Counted from the first letter of the stretch, positions 40,001 through 51,058 are shown. The stretch is 64,000 bases of DNA from Aplysia californica (GCF_000002075.1 NW_004797472.1:717693-781692); one strand, 5' to 3'. A program made the numbers and translations. Notes: generated by a model not told the origin, from the sequence alone.

Positions 40001-42237
40001 TGATGGCCCGTGTGTCTTGTGTTGATCAATGTGAATATTCATGTTTTTCGATGTGAGATTTAAGACTTGATTTATTTATAGAGGTCCCAGCTGTCAAGTC
40101 TAGGTACTCTATTAATTCTTTATCTCTGGCAAGCCGCTCCCGGCAGCTCGCAGTTGAAACTCCTGTGTTGGTAAGCCACTGACAGCGGCTCGGGCACATT
40201 CCTTCACAACGAATTCAACATAAAACAACTTAGCTATTGCCAGGACTCTTTTACCGTGACTTCATTCATGTTCATTAGATGAAGTACTATCAAAACAGGT
40301 TCTCTTGTGTTGATTTAATGACCCATTTAGTTACGTTTTTGTCATTTTTAGATTTAGTACCAAAACAGGGCCCCTGAATAGTGGGTACCCCCCCGAGATA
40401 AACAATTAACTTTTTAAAAATGTTTCTTTCGGTTTAAAGTTTTTGTGGTTCATAAAGGGACTTTTCTTATCACTGCTGTGAGAAATGACAATTATAGTAA
40501 GAAAGAAAGTTTCTGTTACAGTGTCTTCCTCCTATACTGTTGACCACCATTTTGTTTGTTTGTGTGTTGAAGGAGGGTCGGGAAGAGAGCTACAAGGAGA
40601 GCGTGGAGACGGTGTTGCACCGATTAACCCAGACACGCTACACGCTGGCCGAGCTACAGGAACGACCTCTGCCCGACGGTGTAGATCCTCTCAAGCTGGA
40701 GGCTTATCTCCACGACGAGGAGTTTGAAGTAAGTGCTTGGTACATCAGAGCGGTTATACGTAAATGTCTTGAGTCGTAACTGAGTTATGCAGATATAATA
40801 GTTCTTCCAAGTTATCAAGGGAGTTGGATTAAAAACAAAAGTTGGGGGGGCTCTCGTGGCCTAGAGGTTCAGGTGTTCGCCTCTCATTCAAAGGTCCTGG
40901 GTTTGAATCTGGGTAGCGAAGGAAAAAAAATTTTCTCCAACATTTTTTCTTTTCACCTCCTTTCCTGCTCTCTAGGAAAGTTCTATCGTCTACTTTCGTC
41001 TCCACTTTCTGCCCCCACCTTCTCACCTCCTTTATCCCTCCTCTGGGCTCCTGACTCTTTCTGCGGCCCTTCTACTGCTACTCCTTGGCTCCTTCATACT
41101 GCTGTCTTTCAGCCTCACCCCTGATCTTCTGGTAGGAATGATCTACACCTAGCCTTCTCAGACAAGGGTGAAAAATCTCGTGAGGTCCTGTGTGCAAGTT
41201 GTGCACGTTAAAGATCCCTTGGTGGCCTAAAGTCAAAAAGAGTAGGCTTTGGCTGCCACCCGGACAAAATTCAAAATTTCCTACCAACTGAAAATGTTTA
41301 ATGTGTCTCGCGCGCTCGTATGACCTTATGCAGTTGCGAGCGCGGTAAAACACTTACCTAGAAAAAAACAATGTTTATTATAAGTTGTAGAGAAGACCAC
41401 CTCATTCTTCCATATTGTCATTCCATTCCCCTAAAGGTCTTATTTCTTTCTATTTTAGCAACTATTAAGAGAACTACATATTATTTTCTCATGTGTCCTT
41501 GCCTTGCCCTTTGTTTCTGTCTGTATAGTTTGCTTCTACTCAAAACAACCGTCTGTATAGTTTGCTTCTACTCAAAACAACCGTCTGTATAGTTTGCTTC
41601 TACTCAAAACAACCATTGTCCAGTTGATGAGCTTCTGTTTTTCTCAAGCATGGTGAAAGTTCTTTTGATCTGCTAAATCTTGAATTGTCATTGTAAAGAG
41701 ATAATTAGCGCCGTCATAATCGTGGGTGGTTGGAGGGTGCTCTGATGTGGTTTGCTCCTCTTTCCTATCAAACATATTGTTCTTATCTCTCCCCCTTTTT
41801 GGTGTTTGTTACTCTCTTGTAACACCTCTAATCTAAGCTTATATGACCTTATTGTGTTGCTAGTGCCGGAAAACTCTTACTAAGCAGGTGATTGGTGGGT
41901 GCTCTGGTGTGGTTTGCTCCTTCTTTCATATCAAACACCTATCGTCCCGATCTCTCCCCCTTCTTTTTTATGCTTGTTACTCTCTTGAAACACATCCAAT
42001 CTTCGGCACTTATATGACCCAGTTGTGTTGCAAGTGCTGGAAGAAAACTCTTACAAAAACTATTTAAAAAACTGACCTAATTGTGTTGCCAGTGTCGGAA
42101 AACTCTTAACTAAAACTAAAGCCTTCATAATCTCCTTGTGCTGTCCTCAGGAAATCCTTGAGATGAACAGAGAAGAGTTCTACTCACAACCTTCCTGGAA
42201 GCAGAAACAGATGAAGATACAAATGGGTCTCTTCTAG
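15878..42237 (+). CDS. SVIL: Supervillin (villin/gelsolin family), 23 coding exons, 5' end incomplete
   Basis: Manual GT-AG splicing gives a continuous phase-consistent ORF of 3460 nt. It carries supervillin motifs ([123 protein letters not shown]) and a villin headpiece ending [13 protein letters not shown]. The first exon starts in phase 2, so upstream exon(s) exist. Confidence 0.95.
16090..16190 (-). mobile_element. Family C 3' fragment
   Basis: Tail plus 3' body match. Confidence 0.8.
16820..17055 (+). CDS. SVIL: supervillin exon ([15 protein letters not shown]...QFTVAGKLS)
   Basis: tttctcag| and |gtatgt; supervillin motifs. Confidence 0.9.
18349..18405 (+). CDS. SVIL: supervillin exon ([18 protein letters not shown])
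   Basis: tttgcag| and |gtaaaa; phase 1-1. Confidence 0.7.
20051..20221 (+). mobile_element. Family A retroposon
   Basis: Match to consensus. Confidence 0.85.
21006..21104 (+). CDS. SVIL: supervillin exon ([32 protein letters not shown])
   Basis: Pyrimidine tract + cccag| and |gtaggc; phase 1-1. Confidence 0.8.
21190..21428. mobile_element. MITE (second copy at 30891-31100)
   Basis: TIR TTTAAGCACAAGGGGGCTATCCC / GGGTTAGCCCACTTGTCCTTAAA; two dispersed copies. Confidence 0.7.
21513..21675 (+). mobile_element. Family A retroposon
   Basis: Consensus match; TSD-like GACCAGCT. Confidence 0.85.
21721..21860 (+). repeat. 17-bp minisatellite
   Basis: ~8 x GTGGAGATCATTGAG(TA/CT). Confidence 0.9.
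22547..22727 (+). mobile_element. Family A retroposon
   Basis: Consensus match; TSD ATGTTGTCCA. Confidence 0.88.
22786..23023 (+). CDS. SVIL: supervillin exon (PTVVIQTES...ELDTFF...DDFNNIF)
   Basis: ggtag| and |gtgagc; phase-consistent. Confidence 0.88.
23131..23350 (-). mobile_element. Family B SINE 3' fragment
   Basis: Reverse complement of family B 3' half. Confidence 0.8.
23583..23743 (+). CDS. SVIL: supervillin exon ([18 protein letters not shown]...KRMKKEK)
   Basis: tttctag| and |gtgaga; resembles supervillin RPKRRVQASKNPLK region. Confidence 0.92.
24529..24701 (+). mobile_element. Family A retroposon with ~95-bp flanking duplication
   Basis: Consensus match; 24427-24523 resembles 24705-24799. 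Confidence 0.85.
25140..25295 (+). CDS. SVIL: supervillin exon ([11 protein letters not shown]...MLLHVK)
   Basis: ttcacag| and |gtaagg. Confidence 0.93.
25671..25807 (+). CDS. SVIL: supervillin exon, gelsolin repeat ([12 protein letters not shown]...ANVIEKAK)
   Basis: tttgcag| and |gtcagt. Confidence 0.93.
26296..26468 (+). mobile_element. Family A retroposon
   Basis: Consensus match (diverged). Confidence 0.8.
26598..26960 (-). mobile_element. tRNA-derived SINE with L2/CR1-like tail
   Basis: Minus strand: tRNA-like head (GGTTGGAATCCC B box), GTTCTTGGGAAAGGCACTT core, TTGTAAAGCGCATAGAG..ATAAGTGCTATATAAATGCAATTATTAT tail; degraded relative at 37082-37290 (+). Confidence 0.75.
27548..27695 (+). 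CDS. SVIL: supervillin exon ([16 protein letters not shown]...)
   Basis: ttcccag| and |gtgagt. Confidence 0.92.
28097..28242 (+). CDS. SVIL: supervillin exon ([11 protein letters not shown]...YWGAVP)
   Basis: cctcag| and |gtaagg. Confidence 0.92.
28835..28991 (+). CDS. SVIL: supervillin exon ([16 protein letters not shown]...INPFSP)
   Basis: cccacag| and |gtaagt. Confidence 0.93.
29340..29523 (+). mobile_element. Family A retroposon inserted at an exon acceptor
   Basis: Consensus match; ~24-bp TSD containing the splice acceptor. Confidence 0.88.
29536..29711 (+). CDS. SVIL: supervillin exon (EEDGGVP...RPKWSVF...FREKFADWP)
   Basis: ctttcag| and |gtgagt; duplicated decoy acceptor at 29328. 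Confidence 0.9.
30069..30212 (+). CDS. SVIL: supervillin exon ([14 protein letters not shown]...LEGDNLGRG)
   Basis: ctttcag| and |gtgagt. Confidence 0.92.
30711..30846 (+). CDS. SVIL: supervillin exon (VWHVLEY...[15 protein letters not shown])
   Basis: tcatcag| and |gtgagt. Confidence 0.93.
30891..31100. mobile_element. MITE, same family as 21190
   Basis: Direct homology and TIRs. Confidence 0.75.
32293..32447 (+). CDS. SVIL: supervillin exon ([12 protein letters not shown]...ELDEERGPQ)
   Basis: gcctcag| and |gtatct. Confidence 0.93.
32752..32960 (-). mobile_element. RTE-clade LINE 3' end fragment
   Basis: Minus translation [18 protein letters not shown]; (TGA)n-like tail. Confidence 0.75.
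33068..33232 (+). CDS. SVIL: supervillin exon ([13 protein letters not shown]...WRLYCLRG)
   Basis: ccctcag| and |gtcagt. Confidence 0.93.
33255..33935 (-). mobile_element. Family B tRNA-SINE (tail split by a MITE)
   Basis: Reverse complement of family B. Confidence 0.88.
33278..33420. mobile_element. MITE nested in SINE tail
   Basis: ~55-bp imperfect TIRs GCGACCTCAGT..TTGTCGTATC..CATTTTT. Confidence 0.75.
33958..34180 (-). mobile_element. RTE-clade LINE 3' end fragment
   Basis: Minus translation [37 protein letters not shown], typical RTE ORF C-terminus; TGATGATGAT tail. Confidence 0.8.
34797..34945 (+). CDS. SVIL: supervillin exon ([11 protein letters not shown]...VYIWHGAKS)
   Basis: ttcccag| and |gtaagt. 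Confidence 0.92.
35538..36215 (+). mobile_element. Family B tRNA-SINE with nested insertion
   Basis: Same consensus as 40846; interrupted at 35913-36053. Confidence 0.88.
36684..36817 (+). CDS. SVIL: supervillin exon (RPPELGF...EMDEGEE...YHSLL)
   Basis: ttcacag| and |gtaagt. Confidence 0.92.
36907..37067. mobile_element. piggyBac-type MITE
   Basis: TTAA|CACTTTGCAGTCAC ... GTGATTGCAAAGTG|TTAA. Confidence 0.75.
37647..37802 (+). CDS. SVIL: supervillin exon (LRLFHMSSV...[11 protein letters not shown])
   Basis: tctcag| and |gtaagt. Confidence 0.92.
38413..38588 (+). mobile_element. Family A retroposon
   Basis: Consensus match; TSD AAATTTTCAGA. Confidence 0.88.
38857..39015 (+). CDS. SVIL: supervillin exon ([18 protein letters not shown]...[12 protein letters not shown])
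   Basis: ccccag| and |gtacca. Confidence 0.93.
39519..39690 (+). mobile_element. Family A retroposon
   Basis: Consensus match. Confidence 0.85.
39724..39845 (+). CDS. SVIL: supervillin exon ([22 protein letters not shown])
   Basis: ttttcag| and |gtaaga. Confidence 0.92.
40573..40728 (+). CDS. SVIL: supervillin exon, headpiece N-part ([30 protein letters not shown])
   Basis: ttgaag| and |gtaagt. Confidence 0.93.
40846..41368 (+). mobile_element. Family B tRNA-derived SINE, full length (Meta/MESC-like core)
   Basis: tRNA-like head with A box TGGCCTAGAGG and B box GGTTTGAATC; core GTGCACGTTAAAGATCCC..AAGAGTAGG; shared LINE-like tail. Confidence 0.88.
41518..41614 (+). repeat. 3x 32-bp tandem repeat
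   Basis: GTCTGTATAGTTTGCTTCTACTCAAAACAACC. Confidence 0.9.
41724..42120 (+). mobile_element. Tandem family A retroposons (two copies plus extra tail)
   Basis: Consensus match; shared TSD GCC(G/T)TCATAATC. Confidence 0.88.
42151..42237 (+). CDS. SVIL: supervillin last coding exon, villin headpiece ([28 protein letters not shown])
   Basis: tcctcag| acceptor; TAG at 42235-42237. Confidence 0.95.
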   Translation, partial: EILEMNREEFYSQPSWKQKQMKIQMGLF

Positions 42238-45200
42238 AGACGTGGGCCTTGTCTTCCTCTTCTGGCTGCTGGTGTCAGGTCTCGAACCTGCTCCCTGTAC
42301 CTTGGTGCCTTGCAAGAGTTCAGTGCCAAAAATATCAGCTCTGGAGCTGCTTTCTACACAGGAACAGGCATCTTGCAGGGTTGTGAGAGTGTAGCAGAGC
42401 TGTTGTTAGCCTGAATATGCTCGGGTTTCCTCATGTGTTTTCTCTGAGAGCTTGGACTAGCTGCCATTGTTGGAGAGTATGGTCACAATCTACCTAGTCT
42501 TAACAGCCGTAAGCAACAAATAAATTTAATGTGGTCATACAATTGCTCAGGGATGAGATAATCCCGTGGCAGATATCCATCAGTGTCACACCTAGAAACA
42601 GCAGCTGTAACTACTATCCCTGAGTGCTGTCTTTCAGTGCTGAAACAAGTACTTGCACTGAACCCCAGAGCTTTTGCAACGGCGTAATGTAAATGTTCGT
42701 AGAGCTCCGAGTCAGTCAACATTGGAATTTTCATCTGACCTATCCTAACAGAGATTTTTTGAGGGGAAAGTCCAGTAAAAATGTTATTGTATTGTATCGG
42801 GCAAGGCAACAAAAATATACAGAAGTGCTTTTTAACCTCCCCTTGTGTGAATAAGCAAAAGTTCTCTCCTCTCGCCATCTTGTTAACTTTTTACAAAAAT
42901 TCAAAATTTGGTAAATTAATAAACGGTATAATGCAAGCTGTTGAATAGTAACAATTAAATAACCCAACAGAAATCTCTGCAAAAGAATCTTGAGTTATTA
43001 AAAATGAGATGTTTTAATGTTTTGGAGGCTGTTAAGACTATGCAGAAACAAAAAAGTAGTGATGGGTACATGGTTATGAAGAGAAAGAGAGTACTCTCAT
43101 AACAAATGGTTGATGATTCTCTTTTTGAGAATCGGCCTGATTGAAGTATATTGTTCTCAAATCTCTTGTGGCATTACTCTGAGTCTTTCCAGGGCAGTTT
43201 ATTTCTTGCTCCTCCAGAAGGCAGCTGGCTTGCCTTTTCTGTCGGAATACTTATTCTTCCGCCTTCCTCTCCCCCCCACCCATTTTTTATTGGGACACTG
43301 AGAGAAGGTCAAGGGCGCTTGGGAATGTCTGCCAGTATCAGCATGCCACTCTGCGCTGTGATCTCATGCATGCAGCTCTTATTTCCTCTTCGGCATCATC
43401 ACCATTGTCGACTTCTCGCTCGGTCATCTTCAACGTCAGTACCATAACGCACCTTTTCGTTGTCCTCATCATCACGATAATTGTCATCGTCATCCCTTGC
43501 CATAACGACTGGCAGCCTCTACCGCAGCAAGACCAAGAACAGGACAGTGTCAGCCTTACAGCCATCGGTGCACCCGAGGGGCTGCTGTTTGCTCCTTGTT
43601 TGCGCGGTGGAACTTTGTGCGGTGTGGTGGGGCAGTCCTCGAAGGGGGTCACTGTCATCTAAACCAGGACTGAGTGCTAAACGATTGTGGTGTGCTAGTG
43701 TCAAGTGTTTGTGATGCGCTGGTGTTAAACGTCCATGATGCACTAGTAGTGTTAAACCGCTAGTGATGTGCTATGAAAAGTATTTCTTTTGTATTTTTTT
43801 AACAATACTCTTACACTCGGAATCTTAGACATAACTCAATGCAGCATGTCTATGTGCAGTTAATCTTTTTGTTACTCTATGTCTGTGCAAATTCTGTGCA
43901 GAGTAGGCAACAGTATGTGAAACTGAGGAGAGTTTTCTTTTGAACAATGTCAGTGTGTTGATATGGCTTACGTAAATTTTAGATGTTCTGAAAGACAAAA
44001 GGGCCTCCTGAAAACTACTAGGTGCTGGAAATTCCTCAGTAGAATTTAATGGGAAACGGTGGATTGATTTCTTTAAAAAATAAAAATATAGAAATTGCTT
44101 TGGAAGAAATGCTAGAGTATATTTGCTTAATGTTTTGGGTAAAAATGAACTCTTATTGAGATGGCCTTAACTGCTGTAAATGTGGCTGTGTTTTTCCTAT
44201 CTTCCCCATGGCAGTAGCCCTGATTTGCCTTGTACATAGACTCTTGTTGACTCAATGCTCTCCGTGTGAAATCCTTACCTGCTCACTGTCTAAGGGGGTG
44301 ATTTTTAATTGTTGCAGCATGGTTGTTGCCCATTTCGCAGCAGGTGACTGGGCTGTGAGATGAAGATATATCGGTAGATGTGGAGTATTTGAAATGAGTG
44401 TTTGCAATGAATATTTCTTTGCCTTCTTTTTTTTAAAATAAAGTTTTGAATGGATCATGTGCTTTGTCCCTTAAAGTGATTCTCACTTTGAAATTATTTT
44501 TTATATAATATTTTCAAAAAGTTTAGAATATATTAGAATATATTCACAGAAAATGTTTGTGGTTGATTATTCTTTCCCAGCAGGTTTGATTTCTACTAAT
44601 AATATAATAATGAGGATTACACTTACTATAAACATGCTTTTCGAGATGGGTCTATCTATTTACATGTATGTGCTTAGCTTTAGATAGTATTCAAGTTGCT
44701 AGCATATCTCTGTTCCTGCTTTTTGTTTTATTTTTTTATGCTTATTTCCTGAAGTCAAATAGATTTATGTTGTCAGTGTGAGAAATTAGAAAACGGTGCA
44801 AAAACGATAATCACATTCAAATTAACAATGCTCATGCAAGCAAGCTGAGATCTCTACACCCTCATCTCTCTCTCTCTCGGAGTAGCCAGAGTATTTTCTA
44901 TGAAACTTTTTTATGCTAAATGCTATCAGAGTTTAGGTCATAGCTATGTCCTTTTTTTAGTGCAAAACAATGGTGGAAAAAAAAAATCAGTTTTACTCTC
45001 GAAATCAACTCTTTACTGACTGAACAAAAATCTACAAGTGCAAGAAAGTTTTCCAAAATGGAGGGAAATCACTGGTTAAGTGGTAAAGCTTTTCCAGTTT
45101 GTAAATGTAGCTGTTTTGTAGCAATATTTATAGTTGAATCTGAGAAGAACACTGGAGGTGTGGTAGAAAGTCGCAACTAAAGTGCTTATGTTCATGGTTG

Positions 45201-47175
45201 TGAAGGGTTTACAATTTGGTTTGCAGCTAGTTTTTTCTGATTTCCTACCAGGTTTACCTGTTTTGATTGTGGCATTTCCTATCGATGGATTTGGTGCTCT
45301 CTTGTTGGTCACCTTAACTTTTCCCGAATGACAAGTTTATTCAACGTACATAGTGGTCACAAAAACTACATAGAGGATTCGGTGTTTTTCTACTCAAGAT
45401 TCCAAGCAATTCTTGTCTTAACTGTTTACAGATACATTTGTTATAGACTTTGTCCTGGGATAAGCTTTTGACTCTCCTTTCCATTGTGTGTCAGTGAAAT
45501 AGTCTAGAATAAAACCGCTTCTTAAAATTAGTGATAACAACTGTGAGACTACAAATTTTTACTTTCCACTTTTCAAAATTGTTAACATTCTTTGAAAAAA
45601 TAAGTTCCTAAAAAAGCTGTCTTTCTTTGTATATGTAGGGTTGAGAGTATCCATTTATTGTTTGTGTGTCTGCTTTATTTGCTCCTTTTTAATGAACCCT
45701 TGGATTCGGTGTTCTGATATCGACGGACTGACACTCCAGTGTCTGCTAAGTCTCGCGACTGTCTCTTTTTCCAGAAAGAGTACTTTTGGCTAATTTTTTC
45801 TTTATTGAACCCACTCGGGTCTTTCCTCACCCCCCCTCCCCCCCCCAACTTTTTGCTGGTTGCGTTTGCAAAACAGTTTCCTGCTTGTACTTCAAGTTTA
45901 ACTTCTATTTGAAGTTTCGATAATAAGTACTTAAAATTATGCATAAATTGTAACTTTGATGATGGATAGTGTGGGGTGTGTCAATAGTAGCTAGCGTTGG
46001 GAGAGCCATGTCTTTTAATACAAACTTAAAAGTGTTATATTGTATTGTCATTTGAGTAGATTTAATTTTGCACGTACAGTCACAACGATATATCTGAGGA
46101 ATATATTAACATATTAAATGCTCCCTTTTATTTCTTGTTTCTTATCATGAGCATAATCATTTCATGTCAAGTTTTACAACTGCAAACTGTGTTGCCAACT
46201 GCTATGATATATCTGGAACTTTGTGAAAATTATCTGTGCATATTGTCTTCCAGTTGTCTTACAGTGATGAAAAGGGTGCAAAACCCCAATTGTACCATAC
46301 TGTATGCCCCTGTTTAGCCATTTAACAAAGTTTGTTATCAAAGTTTTGTACAAGTATTGTTTTGAGGGTTATTTGAATTTGTTAATGGAGAATTCTGCAA
46401 GGAGTTTGGAAAATCATCTCCTGACACAATGGATTATACCTCAAGATATTGATGGTGAAACAAAAGTACTTACCTATTTTTAAAAGAAACTGAATTTGAA
46501 TGTTTCTTTTTTTGTGTGTGTGTCTGTGTACGAAGTCCTGTCATAATTTGGAAACAGATGACCAGTCTGGGGATTTTTTTCGAAGATCGTCTTTGACACA
46601 TTAGTCAGGAGGTGAAAAGAAAATTAGCAATGACAGTCCATTGTTTAGATCGAATTCGAGGAAGGCCTTGTAAGTGCTCTGTTGGCGCTTTTCCAATGAT
46701 TTTCTATCCCCCGTGTTCATGTACTTCTCAGAAAATTACCATTACTACATAAACGCATTCTATCCCTCTAAATTTAGTCTGCCAAAGTTTTGACACTATC
46801 ACATGCCTTTTTTTTTTTCTCATTGCTAGCCTTTACCTGGAGTATTTGTACATGATATAGAATAAGAGTCACCCCTTTTCGTAGTTTGATTTTGCTTGTT
46901 ATGTTTTCCGTGAGATTATGGTAGCCACTGCTTGATAGCATTTTTAGTAGCAGCAAAGTGTGACCCTGAATGAAACCATTACAACATTCTGTTACATTGA
47001 GCCCATATTCTCTACCATTCCATTTCTGTTGTCCCTTAGCTGACATCCAGTTTCTCTCCCCCCCCAGTTTGTCCATATTTGAAGAATATTGATGAATCAT
47101 TGCGCATTTACACGTGCTCACCTTTGTACATATATATATTGCAAATAAATAAGCATTTGTTTAATTTGTATTAAA
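42238..47175 (+). other. Probable long 3'UTR of supervillin
   Basis: No copies of the SINE families that fill the flanking introns. AATAAA at ~47144 is followed by a GT/T-rich element (tgttgtttgtttgcttgtttg). Other AATAAA occur earlier, so the end is uncertain. Confidence 0.5.
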
Positions 47176-49063
47176 TGTTGTTTGTTTGCTTGTTTGTTTG
47201 TTTGTTTATGTGGGTGTGTGATTCAAACATGAGCGATATTCTTATTGGTTTGAACTTTGAACCTAAATTTCCCCCGTTTCAACCTGTTCCCTTTTTCACC
47301 TGTGATACTTTCAAATACTAATAGTACTAATAAATTGTGTATCAATTATATACAGTAAAAGATTATGGAGCCTACAGAATGTAAATATCAATCATAGCAT
47401 ATATATAATATGCTTCAGCTTGCATGCAAGGGAAAAGGATGGAGCTTTTGAAAATTCTGAAACCTTTGCTCTGTAGCTTTTGCCATATTCTTGAGATTTA
47501 CAAACTAATATGGACATTACGCAACATTGAAGTAAAAACAGAGCTATTCGTGTAGATTTCTCCTTGGTGTCTACTGTAATGCCCTGGAAAAAATTTGAAA
47601 CTGTTTTCTCAAACCTAATTGCTAAATATAAAAAAGAGTGGCTATAAAATACTTTTACATTATTTTTAATTGTTCTACTCTTTTTCTAATTACAGTCCTG
47701 TGTGGAAACACTAATGCTCTTTGCTTACTCCCGATAATATCACTCGCCCCCTCATTTAAAAAAATGTTTGATGAGTAAATTAATGACTTGAAGGAGCCCA
47801 GATTCATCATGCACGTAAAAGATGTGAGTTTAATTTTCAGATGGGGACTTCATTGAATATCTCTTTCTTCTAGAATCTAGAAACCCTCACATCCTGGGTT
47901 GGTCCTAACAAGTACACTTGAAGTAGTTGATCTAATTTGTGTTGATGAGGCGTAAAACATTCAATACCTCTATAAAGAGCCGAGGCATCTTCTTGTCGTT
48001 AAATCCACCTCAAGGCGAGTGACTTTGAACTCAAGGCAGTTATGCTCCAGGGCCACAACAGATGTGCAAACTGCACCGGGATGTAAAGATAGTACATGGA
48101 AATTTCCCATAACCCAGTTTTTTAGATGTTTCACACACACGATCCATGATCCTCTTCCCCTCGTCTCCCCCCTAGCCCCCACCCCCCCACCCCCCTTCTG
48201 AAAAGGCTACAATCTTGATGGTTGAAATAATACTTACATGAGAAACAAAAGTGCAGGTTCCACCCTCTTTACTTTGCTTTTTGTTTTGCTCCACTCGCTC
48301 GTCGCACCGATGTATATATAGATATATCAAAGATCGTACATAACAAGATACTTCACTCCTCTCTTTGAGCCAATTTAAAAAATGTCCTCAAAATCCGGTG
48401 AGGCCCTCTTCTAAAAAGTGTGGACTATGCGAACAGAGTTACCCTACTTGTGTGAAAAACAATAAAAGTGAAACTAACAAACTGTGCTATTCCTATTCTT
48501 CCTCTGGAGAAATGAAAGAGAGCTTCAAAACGAAGACTGCAGCGACACCTGAACCAATGCGCGGACTTCCGTGGATGCTTTTTTGGCTGAGAGAACTATC
48601 TTGTTATGTACGATCTTTGAATATATACACTTGCAGGGATTACAGATGTCTTTGCTGTGGTCACAGGTACACAATTGTAACACACAAGAGGTACGTTTAC
48701 ATTAATGTTTAGTGAGTGAGTGGCGTCGGTCATCCCATGAAAAGCGACTCGAGGAATTTGCAGCAGCGCACTGCATGCTCACTCACACTCACATCCATAC
48801 TTATTCATGCGCACATCACATTTACCTTTATACATTTTTTTTGGTCGCCTTATGCCTTCCAGCCTTTGTATACTTGAATAAAAAAAAGAAAAATGGAGCT
48901 TCAAAGCTTCATTTTTTTTGCTTAAGAAATCTGCATTTTGCTTTGTTTATTGAATTGTGCACTTGCTGTGTTCTGAGTTTTAGTACAATTTGTAGAATGG
49001 TCGTTATCATTCATTGTTTCTCTCTCTTCTGTTCTGGCATAACACTTATTATAAGAAGTTATA

Positions 49064-49248
49064 CAATGCAGCCTCTCTATAACGACTCGTCGGGACCAGA
49101 AAAAAATGTCGTTATAGAGAGTTGTCGTTATAGAGAGGCAACCAAAAATATTATTCATGATATAAGGTAAAAATCGGGACCGGGGCACTATGTCGCTATA
49201 CAGGGGATATCGTATCGAAGGTCGTTATATTATAGAGAGGCTGCACTG
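49064..49248. mobile_element. Tc1/mariner-type MITE
   Basis: TA|CAATGCAGCCTCTCTATAA ... TTATAGAGAGGCTGCACTG|TA. Confidence 0.8.
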
Positions 49249-49377
49249 TAGGTATAATGACTAGACTCTTTGCATTGCATGCACCTACATCTTTCTAGTG
49301 GTCACAATAGGCACGATTGACGCAACCAGCATCCTGAATGATCCAACTTCTCTCTGTGGGAGCATAAAATATTTTGT

Positions 49378-50066
49378 GGGTGGTTGGCGGGTGCACTTGT
49401 GATTGGCTCTTTCTTTCCTTTCAAACATCTATTGTCTTTAAATCTCTCATCCCATCTTTTTTGTGTTTGTTACTCTCTTGTAACACCTCTAATCTTCTGC
49501 ACTTATTTGACCTTATTGTGTTGCAAGTGCTATAAAACTATTACTAAAAACTAAAGATAAAACATTTACCTTAAGGCAGTGTTTCTTATTCTTCATAACC
49601 AATGTTATTCTTCATAACCCATTTCCTTCTTCTTTCTTATCAAACACGTATTTTCCCTATCTCCTCTTTTTCTTTGAATGTTACGCTCTAGTAACACATC
49701 TAATCTTCAGCACATATATCACGTACGTGAGTGACAAGCTTGGTAAAACTTACTAAAAACTAAAAACTCTGCAATTTCCTGTCTTGGTGTTTGCCTTTTC
49801 GTAAATGTGTGTAAAGGTCTCCCCTGCAGAGGAGAGATCTGGGATTCCAGCCCCCCTCTTTGCAAATTCTTCCACATCCCACTGCTCAATTGCAGAGGTA
49901 GTCAGTCAACTTTTGATCGGTGGATGGTTGGAGGGTGCTCTGTTGTGGTTTGCTCCTTCTTTTCTATCAAACATCTATCTCTACTCCTTTTTTTGTTTGT
50001 TGCTCGCTTGTAACACCTCTAATCTTTCGCATTTATATGACCTAGCGCCGAAAAACCTCTACTAAA
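49378..50066 (+). mobile_element. Three family A copies (49378-49555, 49620-49766, 49919-50066)
   Basis: Consensus match; TSD ATAAAAYATTT for the first copy. Confidence 0.8.
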
Positions 50067-50833
50067 TCTATTTTTTTTAAACCCAAAGTGCATCATATTT
50101 TTACGTACACTTCTTACTGGGGCTTAGTATTTCTTACCTTTCAGCAAATAATGTGTCATTTTAAAATGCAGGACCTACTCTCTATCATTTATGCTAAATA
50201 AACTTTCTCAAGTTCTGAATTTTTCTGATAAAAGAAAAGTATAACATCCCTACCTCCATCCCACCCTCTCTCTATTTTAAAAAATCACGCTGAGCTAAAT
50301 ATGACAAAAAGCATTTCACATAATGTTTGTACTGTCAGTTCCAAAAGAGAACCCATAGAGGAGGTGAAATAAAATGTTTTATTATCATAAGGATTTTTTC
50401 TCTTGGCCACTGAAAGTGACTAGAAGACAAGTACATTAACAACATGAAGAGTNNNNNNNNNNNNNNNNNNNNNNNNNNNNNNNNNNNNNNNNNNNNNNNN
50501 NNNNNNNNNNNNNNNNNNNNNNNNNNNNNNNNNNNNNNNNNNNNNNNNNNNNNNNNNNNNNNNNNNNNNNNNNNNNNNNNNNNNNNNNNNNNNNNNNNNN
50601 NNNNNNNNNNNNNNNNNNNNNNNNNNNNNNNNNNNNNNNNNNNNNNNNNNNNNNNNNNNNNNNNNNNNNNNNNNNNNNNNNNNNNNNNNNNNNNNNNNNN
50701 NNNNNNNNNNNNNNNNNNNNNNNNNCAATTTGTAAAGCAAACAAAGTTTACATTTTTTTATGTTTCTGTGGGCGAGAGGCCCAAGTTTTGATCAGCAGAA
50801 AAAAAGCCTGATTCTGATGAGGCAAAAAATATA

Positions 50834-51058
50834 AAGGGTGTCTTAAAAAAAGGAGGACTCGTATAAAAAGAGTAATAATTACTCAGTCATATATATGCAT
50901 TCATTTCAACAAAACTTCCAACAAACAAAATTCAACATGAAGAAAATCAATCAACATTTTTTAGATACATTAAGTTTTATTAAGAATTTCAACCAAATTT
51001 GGGTAAAACTAAAAAAAAATCACTTCTTAAAAGGGTCCTTTATTTTTAAGACACCCAC
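50834..51058. mobile_element. Tc1/mariner-type MITE
   Basis: GGGTGTCTTAAAAA ... TTTTTAAGACACCC with TA flanks. Confidence 0.6.
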
